Below are positions 1-6,558 of a stretch of 56,439 bases of DNA, one piece after another; position 1 is the first letter of the stretch; each line of letters begins with the position of its first letter. Source of the DNA: an uncultured virus (IMG/VR IMGVR_UViG_3300037225_000630) (Duplodnaviria; Heunggongvirae; Uroviricota; Caudoviricetes); the IMG/VR virus record IMGVR_UViG_3300037225_000630; one strand, written 5' to 3'. The notes beneath the pieces are model-generated. The model was not told the DNA's origin. It did not search any database and saw only the letters and a program-made list of their open reading frames with translations. Made by a program: the position numbers and the translations under genes.

Positions 1-390
1 CGCATTCTCTACTGACATCCCCGTTCTCACACAAATTCCTACTGTCATAATTCCTGTTCTACCATGCCCACCCCAGCAATGTACTAGCACATTATTATTT
101 TTTATATAACCACATACTGTTTCTACAGCTTGATTAAATTTACTTATATCAGCAGGAACCTCAAAGTCTGGTATGGGATAGGATAATACTTTGGTTCCAT
201 AGGAAGAATAAACTTTGAATAAAGAAACAGTATCTCCATATAATCTTTTTAATTCTTCTTCCCCTAATAATACTATTGCTAATTTAATCTCATTTTCTTC
301 CATTTCCATTCCTAGCATTTCTGCCATATCTAGATTATTCGGAGCTGATGTCATAAATACTTTCACGTTATTTAATGTAAAATAGTCCAT
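1..390 (-). CDS. Dual-specificity/tyrosine protein phosphatase (CX5R), runs off the window edge
   Basis: Not in the ORF track. Manual translation from ATG at 390 (SD GAGGTG) gives MDYFTLNNVKVFMTSAPNN...YPIPDFEVP...VLVHCWGGHGRTG, the PTP/DSP active-site loop. Confidence 0.88.
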   Translation of the reverse strand, partial: MDYFTLNNVKVFMTSAPNNLDMAEMLGMEMEENEIKLAIVLLGEEELKRLYGDTVSLFKVYSSYGTKVLSYPIPDFEVPADISKFNQAVETVCGYIKNNNVLVHCWGGHGRTGIMTVGICVRTGMSVENA

Positions 391-416
391 ATTACACCTC
401 ATATAATTAGTCTAAT

Positions 417-453
417 AAAAAGAAGGACCGGGGGTCTTACCTTCCCCCGGCCC
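417..453 (-). terminator. Rho-independent terminator
   Basis: Minus strand GGGCCGGGGG-loop-CCCCCGGTCC followed by TTCTTTTT. Confidence 0.75.
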
Positions 454-513
454 GATTAATAGTTTTCAAGACTATTGTAAGTGCTGCTAGTATCCTTTCG
501 GGCCGAAGTCACC

Positions 514-638
514 CAATGATTTTTACTAAAAACGCCGAGTCTGCCACCGACTCTCCTCTCCCACAATAAGCTCTTTAATAAAGCTTACAGTGGGAAAGAT
601 TGGATTCGAACCAATGCCTACGTTAAATTATATCATTG
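514..638 (-). ncRNA. Circularly permuted tRNA-like RNA (YrlA/Y-RNA-like architecture)
   Basis: Order on the minus strand: CAAUGAU..AACGU, AGGC, T-arm AUUGG-UUCGAAU-CCAAU, acceptor CUUUCCC closed by a hairpin back to GGGAGAG, D-arm GAGUC-GGUGGCA-GACUC, GCGUU..AUCAUUG. Confidence 0.7.
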
Positions 639-767
639 TCGCCAATGCCTCTGTCACGATATAGACTTTAAGAAAACTGCCAAGCAATAAACTGATGGAA
701 TTACGTAGACTCTACTTGGGCGGCCCTAACGGGTATGCCCATTTACTGATACTACTACTAGCTCTTA

Positions 768-853
768 AGGAGTTACCCCCCAGAGCAATACTTATGCTAT
801 TGCGAAATATCCTCATGGATTAGCACAAATACTGCCATGGTGGAAGTAACTCC
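768..853 (-). ncRNA. Structured RNA domain (multi-stem junction) just 3' of the 250-aa gene
   Basis: 13-bp closing helix GGAGUUACUUCCA/UGGGGGUAACUCC enclosing CAUGG/CCAUG and GCAAUA/UAUUGC stems. Confidence 0.55.
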
Positions 854-860
854 AATTTAT

Positions 861-1613
861 TTAACTGTTGATATAGGCGAATATTTTATCACCTAACTTG
901 ACGTTTATTACCTGTGCCTGATTAGCAGCTTGACGAGCCTGTTTTACAGCTTGAATCAGAGTGTCAATCTTTGACAAAAGGTTTGACTTCTCTATAGGCT
1001 GTAGCCTACCTGACGTATAGGTAGTTTCGTACTTACCTACCTGGACCTCGTTCTGTACCATCTCAGTCTGTGCAGGGAACTTATCCGTTGCAGCTACTTT
1101 GGTGATAACCTCAAGCTTTTTGATAGAACGGAACTTAGTATCTACAGGAGCCACATAGATAGCTCTAGCCTGTGTAGAATCCTTAGTCCATGAACGAGCA
1201 GGGTCTACCGTTGGAATGTCCTTGTAGACTTCTCTAATCCTGACAAGATACTTCTCTAACGCAATCAGAGAAGTAGCAGAAAGGGTACCAAAGTCAGTAC
1301 CATCATCAAGCATGAGAGGGGCTTTAGCAGTACCAGAAGCATTCGTCTCTTCCTTGCTGATACTGGCATCAATGGCCTTGATAACCGCACCCTGAGCATA
1401 CTCTATCTTCTCTGCTACTGTGGTTACAATTTCTTTACTCTCTGGAGGAATTTGTTCCCCAGCAGCATCGAAAGAAATGTAATTCTTCAGTACACCATCG
1501 AACAAATCCTGCTTTTTAGTGAAGGTGTTTTTGCACTCCACATCCAAAATGTTCCTTGACTGCTGTACTAAATCTTGCTCCACGGCCAATAACTGATGTA
1601 ACATATTCCCCAT
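861..1613 (-). CDS. Conserved hypothetical protein of an actinobacterial/phage family (recalled as DUF7873-like, unverified)
   Basis: Motifs LHQLLAVE, GEQIPPES, LIALEKYL, IPTVDP..SW, ATDKFPAQ, SGRL, AVKQARQAAN, GDKIFAYI. Start placed at ATG 1613 behind SD AGGAG. Confidence 0.75.
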   Translation of the reverse strand: MGNMLHQLLAVEQDLVQQSRNILDVECKNTFTKKQDLFDGVLKNYISFDAAGEQIPPESKEIVTTVAEKIEYAQGAVIKAIDASISKEETNASGTAKAPLMLDDGTDFGTLSATSLIALEKYLVRIREVYKDIPTVDPARSWTKDSTQARAIYVAPVDTKFRSIKKLEVITKVAATDKFPAQTEMVQNEVQVGKYETTYTSGRLQPIEKSNLLSKIDTLIQAVKQARQAANQAQVINVKLGDKIFAYINS

Positions 1614-1660
1614 TTCTCTACTCCTACTATCCTCCATGCTTTGATAACATGGATTCCTTA

Positions 1661-1733
1661 CAGGAACGGTTGGTTTTGTTCCAACACCTACTCCGGGTTT
1701 AGCCTTTGTAGTTCTCCACTAAACTACGTCCCT
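1661..1733 (-). ncRNA. Degenerate tRNA-like cloverleaf (73 nt)
   Basis: Acceptor AGGGACG/CGUUCCU, D-arm UAGUUUAGUGGAGAAC, T-stem GUUGG/CCAAC with non-canonical loop AACAAAA, disrupted anticodon arm. Confidence 0.5.
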
Positions 1734-1981
1734 AAAAAAAGAAGGGGATTAAAACCCGCTAAGGTTTTTCACCACTATGAAACAAACCACCATTACTTGT
1801 TTGTCTCTGCCCTCATCTAGCATACTTTTTCGTCTAATTCCTGGTTTATAAGAACTATTGGGCATTCATCAGGAAGCTATCCTGATTAGTCTAGCGCTAC
1901 CCATGGCAGGTTTTGCCCTTGCACCTCATCTTTTTTACAGGACACCATCGACTACTTTTCTGCTACTCCCGGTCCCTTCTT
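1734..1981 (-). ncRNA. Putative ~250-nt structured ncRNA
   Basis: Begins ~7 nt after a -10 box. 5' AAGAAGGG pairs with 3' CCCUUCUU before a U run; internal hairpins such as AUCAGGA/UCCUGAU; no ORF. Confidence 0.55.
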
Positions 1982-1987
1982 ACTAAT

Positions 1988-2016
1988 ACTATACTGCTCT
2001 TTTCCTAAAAAGTCAA
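1988..2016 (-). promoter_or_regulatory. Sigma70-type promoter
   Basis: TTGACT-17 nt-TATAGT. Confidence 0.75.
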
Positions 2017-2146
2017 TAGGGTCATCTTCAGTAGGTGCTCACTTCATTTCTAATTATGACAACCCTTAATATTGATACTCCCATGCACCGTCTGTTAGGT
2101 TTATCTCAACCTATCCTGAGTAGCTACACCATAGGATAGGATTTAC

Positions 2147-2219
2147 TAGTCCCGGACGGATTTGAACCGACGATCCTCAGCGTGAAAGGCTGATGGCTTA
2201 GCCGCTCGCCTACGGGACC
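2147..2219 (-). tRNA. tRNA-Glu(TTC)
   Basis: Full cloverleaf GGTCCCG..., anticodon arm TCAGC-CTTTCAC-GCTGA, T-loop TTCAAAT; CCA not encoded. Confidence 0.93.
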
Positions 2220-2224
2220 TTGAA

Positions 2225-2295
2225 TAGTTCCTAGCAGAATTGAACTGCTGCTTTAAGATTGAGAATCTTACGAACTTCCTCTATTCTAAGGAACC
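2225..2295 (-). tRNA. tRNA-Glu(CTC)
   Basis: GGTTCCT.../AGGAACT, anticodon arm TAAGA-TTCTCAA-TCTTA, T-arm GCAG-TTCAATT-CTGC. Confidence 0.88.
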
Positions 2296-2670
2296 AAAAA
2301 TAAGGTGGTTCTCGTACACCTTCTACCTCTGTTGCTGTCATTCAAGGTAGTTACGTGATACTCCCCGATTTTATAGTTCCTTCCTCCTAGCGAGCATCTA
2401 GGCAGTCCCACGTATCACGATGGAGGTTATACTATTGTATCCTATTGCTAGGCTTTTGGGCTAACACTCTAACCCTCAGATGGCTTTGATGTATCCATCA
2501 TCGTCTACTTTTCAACTGCTCTCCTGTTTATAGCAGACTAAGAATTTTGATGAACAAGCTCTATTTTATACTTTTTCAAGGCAGCTACCAAGCTACTCTC
2601 GCTACCTCTAACCCTCTGTTTATATATAATATTGTGGTTTATAACGAGCTTCAGGTATTGCTCTTGCCAC
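2296..2670 (-). ncRNA. Putative structured ncRNA between tRNAs
   Basis: No ORF. Helices CGTGATAC/GTATCACG (2354-61/2412-19), CCTAG/CTAGG, CTACCT/AGGTAG, and a terminal hairpin AAGGTG/CACCTT followed by a U run. Confidence 0.4.
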
Positions 2671-2673
2671 TAT

Positions 2674-2746
2674 TAGCTTCCCTGAGACTCGAACTCAAAC
2701 TTTATAGTTTTTGAAACTATTGCCTCTGCCTTTGGGCTAGGAAGCC
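2674..2746 (-). tRNA. tRNA-Leu(CAA), short variable loop
   Basis: GGCTTCC.../GGAAGCT, anticodon arm ATAGT-TTCAAAA-ACTAT, T-loop TTCGAGT. Confidence 0.85.
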
Positions 2747-2800
2747 AAATTGATTTTAGTTCCAAACATCTCTTATAATTTCCTCTCAGTCTTATTTGTC

Positions 2801-2914
2801 TGCCATCAGAGGGAGTCGAACCCTCAATCCATTAAAGGCGGGGGATTAACCAAGATTCTCTAGAGGAAAACCCTCGTTAAGTCCCCAGTGTATTTCCATT
2901 TCCACCACGATGGC
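2801..2914 (-). tRNA. tRNA-Leu(TAA) with a 29-nt insertion in the anticodon loop
   Basis: GCCATCG/TGATGGC acceptor, Leu-type D-arm and variable arm, GGGGA-CTTAA[29 nt, 2848-2876]AA-TCCCC. Confidence 0.82.
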
Positions 2915-3000
2915 CTGAAGGACATTATGTGGTTCTTTGTTGGACTGAGGGAACCTCACTAGCTTGTCCAGAACTAGCTACGAAGACCTCAAAAATAAAA

Positions 3001-3180
3001 ATCTATTAGGTATGTTACTACACCAAAGGGAAGTTGCGCCCAGTCGTTGTCGTTCCCCGACTCGATGCTGGTTGCGCCCATATCCAGTCATCTGGTCCCT
3101 TTCCCGTTACAGGATGCTAACCAGAGCCTACTGTCCCACTTATTAAAGCTGGCCACTTCCAAGCCCACTGCCTAATAGAT
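3001..3180 (-). ncRNA. Putative 180-nt structured ncRNA
   Basis: Perfect 10-bp terminal helix ATCTATTAGG/CCTAATAGAT followed by a U-rich tail; GC-rich internal stems. Confidence 0.6.
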
Positions 3181-3381
3181 TTACAATCCAATCTTTGCCA
3201 ATTCCTCCTGATTACAGTCCGTCATGAACTTTCTGCCTAATCTCCGCAAAGACTTAGGAGCAAGCTCTAGCCCACCAGACTTCCTACGAAGCCCCGAAGG
3301 ATTTTCCGCCGAGATGGACCTGCCGGAATTCTTTCCTACTCCCTTCACTCGGCACGAGCGATTCTTAACCTCATTCGCCAT
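3181..3381 (-). CDS. Small basic hypothetical protein
   Basis: ORF with SD AAGGAG and its own upstream promoter. Confidence 0.55.
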   Translation of the reverse strand: MANEVKNRSCRVKGVGKNSGRSISAENPSGLRRKSGGLELAPKSLRRLGRKFMTDCNQEELAKIGL

Positions 3382-3402
3382 TCATGTCTCCTTCAACAAG
3401 TG

Positions 3403-3431
3403 ATAATAGGAACATAACATGTTCCTGTCAA
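3403..3431 (-). promoter_or_regulatory. Sigma70-type promoter
   Basis: TTGACA-17 nt-TATTAT. Confidence 0.7.
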
Positions 3432-3435
3432 ATAG

Positions 3436-3795
3436 TCAAGTTCTTTTTCTGGTTAAAAGTGAATATTCCATTATCTTATATGCAGTATTTTTATTAAATA
3501 AAATTTGATATCTACCATAAACAATATCTTTAGCCTCATAAATAGTAAGAATAAACCCCATAGTATGAAGAAGTTTTCTATCCCTCAAATTGAACCAAGA
3601 ACGAAATTGATTCAAATCTTTGAATCCACATCTCTCTTCTTCATCCATTCGTCGATTTATATCTTCATCTTCTATTGGACAAGGATGGTTATTGTCAGTA
3701 TGACGCTTAGAAACATATTTCATAATACTAGGGTAATACTCATTCCGATATGGCCCAATATGTGCTTTATTTTCAACCCTATACACAAGCGCCAT
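3436..3795 (-). CDS. Hypothetical phage protein
   Basis: ORF with SD AAGGAG; YRVE..GPY..P.P..D..GF..L..WF pattern typical of phage early proteins. Confidence 0.75.
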   Translation of the reverse strand: MALVYRVENKAHIGPYRNEYYPSIMKYVSKRHTDNNHPCPIEDEDINRRMDEEERCGFKDLNQFRSWFNLRDRKLLHTMGFILTIYEAKDIVYGRYQILFNKNTAYKIMEYSLLTRKRT

Positions 3796-3901
3796 TTTAG
3801 GCTCCTTAGAATTAAGATTTGAATAAGATACAATATAATCTAAAGAATGTCAAGAATTACTATAGATATCCTAACTTTTTTCTTTGCTTTTTATTTACCC
3901 A

Positions 3902-4369
3902 TCAATACAAGTTATTATACTTGGATTTCATCTCTTCAGCAGGAAGTTTTTTGTCAATTTTAATTTCATCTATTCTCTTTTCTAACCCTGCTTCATTATA
4001 GAAGCCATAGGGATATAACTTCTCTGCTATATCATTTAAGGTTATATTCCCTTCACCAAGGGTTTCTAGAATATCAATAAGCATAACTACCACTGCTCCT
4101 ACTCTATCAGGAAATACCCCAAAAGAGAGAAAAGCAGGAATAGTAAATTTCATATCATAACCAAAAATTTCAATTCTATTTTGTATCACCTGAAAAGGAA
4201 ATAAAGCTTGCATATCCTCAGAATTCTCTGCTCGTTCTGTCATGTCTGATAGAATCTCTGTAGCAGTTTTGAAATTCTTATCCTGCATTTCTAGCATCGT
4301 AATTCCTAAAAGAGATTTTGCCATGTCTTCCGACATTGGTTCTGATTGACCTTCTGGTATAATACCCAT
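3902..4369 (-). CDS. Hypothetical protein
   Basis: ORF with SD AAGGAG before ATG 4369. Confidence 0.75.
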   Translation of the reverse strand: MGIIPEGQSEPMSEDMAKSLLGITMLEMQDKNFKTATEILSDMTERAENSEDMQALFPFQVIQNRIEIFGYDMKFTIPAFLSFGVFPDRVGAVVVMLIDILETLGEGNITLNDIAEKLYPYGFYNEAGLEKRIDEIKIDKKLPAEEMKSKYNNLY

Positions 4370-4585
4370 ATTCACTCCTTATAATAAAACTACCATCACT
4401 TCGGTATGAGCGAAGAATCACAACTTTATAAGAATTGATGGGAGACCCTCCCTCCTGATGGCATGTACCCTATCCTATCCCGTTACCCTAATTTAGGGCT
4501 GCTATGAACCTCGATAGGTAGGTACTGAAGGTATTCCTTCAGGTTTTAGCACATAGGGCGAATAAAACATAAAACGAACCATCAT

Positions 4586-4627
4586 AAAATAAAAGGCCAG
4601 GGTGGCTTTCGCATCAATCTCCTGGCC
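4586..4627 (-). terminator. Rho-independent terminator-like hairpin
   Basis: GGCCAGG...CCTGGCC followed by TTTTATTTT. Confidence 0.55.
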
Positions 4628-4924
4628 TGAACGTTCATACTTTTACATCCTCCCATTACAGGAGGTAATAAGTCATTTTGGTACCCTCCATAATTATAAA
4701 AGGTAATGGTGCTTGAAGTGTATACTCTTCCTATTGACATTACCCTATCTATCTAAACATCAACACACTCAAACAAGTTTTAACAATAACCTACCCACTA
4801 TAATGATAGTTGGAGTAGGGTTCTTACTTACCCGGCGGCATCGTCTTATCCTCCTTGACTTTTGTTAAGTTCACTTAATTGTTATAGCCACATGATAGTT
4901 TTTAAGGCTTTACTATCAACCTAT

Positions 4925-4996
4925 TAGCAGGAGTGGGACTCGAACCCACACCATCGACCTTATGAGGGTAGCAACCAACCATTGGTTTATCCTGCA
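4925..4996 (-). tRNA. tRNA-Met(CAT), partly initiator-like
   Basis: Cloverleaf with loop CTCATAA, T-arm GTGGG-TTCGAGT-CCCAC, U1:U72 mismatch. Confidence 0.82.
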
Positions 4997-4999
4997 ACG

Positions 5000-5719
5000 T
5001 TATTTTCTTCCCCTCCTCCAATTATTAGGTATTAGAGATTCTTTATATACAAATTTACTTTCAATACCATTTGTAATCCACATTTTTTGTGAATTAAGTT
5101 TTTCTAAAGATATTAGTAATCCTCTTTTCCACCCTTCAGGTATGGGTTTATTACTTTCTATTTGTTTAGATTCCTTACCATTGTTAACCCACATTGTTCC
5201 ATAATTTACTGCTGCTTCCCCTCTTCTGTATTCTCTATTATAGGATATAGCTCTTCCCTTTTTCCAGCCTTCAGGAATATCATTAATTCTACTAACTGAT
5301 TTGTTTTCTATTCCATTAGTAATCCACATTGTTCCATACCTACTATTTTTAGTACCTTGCTGATGCTTTCTTCTTCTTAATGTTTCCCTTTTCTTACTTC
5401 GGGCTTGGTCTGTTCTCGACAATTCTGTAAGCTGAGTTGAACCGCCTCTTCCTCCCGGTACAATATTATAGGTTTCTTCTTTCTGTATGAACACCTTATT
5501 TACAATAAGGGCTTCTTCTTTATACATCTCTTCCTCAGAATCAAAGAACTTTAGAATGGTTCTCTCAAAATTCTTTTTTCCTAAAACTGTCATGTCTCCT
5601 AAAAGTTTTGTACCTGAACCCATATAGTCATCATCAAGATTATAGGTTCTATGCACCCCCACATAAATTTTCCCATTTATTAGACATTTTATTTGATAAA
5701 GGTAGTATTTCTGTTTCAT
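5000..5719 (-). CDS. GIY-YIG homing endonuclease (Seg-like) with MWITNG repeats
   Basis: YYLYQIKCLINGKIYVGVH..YMGSG..E..YN catalytic domain; three MW(I/V)(T/N)NG...IPxxWxxG repeats. Confidence 0.88.
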   Translation of the reverse strand: MKQKYYLYQIKCLINGKIYVGVHRTYNLDDDYMGSGTKLLGDMTVLGKKNFERTILKFFDSEEEMYKEEALIVNKVFIQKEETYNIVPGGRGGSTQLTELSRTDQARSKKRETLRRRKHQQGTKNSRYGTMWITNGIENKSVSRINDIPEGWKKGRAISYNREYRRGEAAVNYGTMWVNNGKESKQIESNKPIPEGWKRGLLISLEKLNSQKMWITNGIESKFVYKESLIPNNWRRGRK

Positions 5720-5751
5720 ATACAATTAGTGTGTTGATGGTTCAGAAAGTA

Positions 5752-5827
5752 CAGAGGGAGAAGGATTCGATACCTTCAACACAGAAACCTTAATAGATTT
5801 CCTGCTCTAACCTTAAGCTATCCCTCT
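5752..5827 (-). tRNA. Atypical/pseudo tRNA (possible ATT anticodon)
   Basis: Acceptor AGAGGGA/TCCCTCT, D-arm GCTT/GAGC, 8-nt T-loop TATCGAAT, enlarged anticodon arm. Confidence 0.5.
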
Positions 5828-5836
5828 AAAATAGAA

Positions 5837-6465
5837 ATACTAGGGTTTGGGTATTCACCTGACAAGCATGGCTATTCCCCCTTTTGACCTAAAGCCTAAG
5901 CTCCACCCTAAGGGATTACTTCATGTTGGCATCTACATACACGATAGGACTGGAAGTATCTATGGAGTATGATGCCTCAGAAGAACATATGAATTTTCCC
6001 TTATGACTTGAATCACCAGTCATAAGATTTACAGGTATTCATTACACCTAATTTGGTGGGCTTATGATTTACCAGCCCGAAAGCTACCCACCACGAGGTT
6101 TTAACTGTATTGCCCGACAGACACCCCTCTGGGTTTAGCGGAGTGTGAACTTTAATTCACACTGACCGTCCTAACTGGAACTCCTCTATAACTCCATGGG
6201 TTTCCCACTTCTCTGCTATAGAATCTACGTAACCTCGTTAGGACTAATCACATTCAATGCCTTTCTTTTACGTTACTCGTAGGCTCAACGTGCTATTTCC
6301 CCTCCACTACCCTACTGTATCGGATAGTATCACTGGGGGTGGCTGCAATCCCACTATAAAAAGGATGGCTGTATCATTGTCGAAGACTGGTGCATACCTT
6401 ACAGCTAGGTTCCAAACACTACGTATCTGGACTTTTCCTGCATCCTTATTCCCCATCCCTAGTAT
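5837..6465 (-). ncRNA. Large (~630 nt) highly structured ncRNA
   Basis: Terminal helix ATACTAGGG/CCCTAGTAT, many internal helices, no minus-strand ORF, own promoter, adjacent to a tRNA-like element. Confidence 0.72.
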
Positions 6466-6513
6466 GTCAAAGACTTTATGAAGTTAGGCTTATGCTCTCA
6501 ACCTCATACTCAC

Positions 6514-6542
6514 ACTATACTACTTCTTTTTCAGTTTGTCAA
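6514..6542 (-). promoter_or_regulatory. Sigma70-type promoter of the RNA operon
   Basis: TTGACA-17 nt-TATAGT. Confidence 0.8.
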
Positions 6543-6558
6543 CACCTAAAAAATATTT

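Noticed and set aside
514..638. Two-piece (permuted) tmRNA
   Set aside because: No G3-U70 alanine determinant, a true D-stem is present, and no tag reading frame was found
1815..1875. Hammerhead ribozyme (CUGAUGA...GAAA)
   Set aside because: Stem II and stem III pairings cannot be formed
1890..1925. c-di-GMP-I riboswitch (GGGCAAAACC)
   Set aside because: The GNRA hairpin, GACGCAAAG and the receptor stem are missing
2848..2876. Group I intron in tRNA-Leu(UAA)
   Set aside because: Only 29 nt, no catalytic core, and not at the cyanobacterial U^AA site
2915..2990. Additional tRNA-like remnant
   Set aside because: Only two small hairpins; no acceptor stem or T-arm
6425..6445. RNase P RNA (CAGGAAAAGUCC resembles GAGGAAAGUCC)
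   Set aside because: No complementary 3' P4 strand or ACAGAA..GGCUUA motif found near the 3' end
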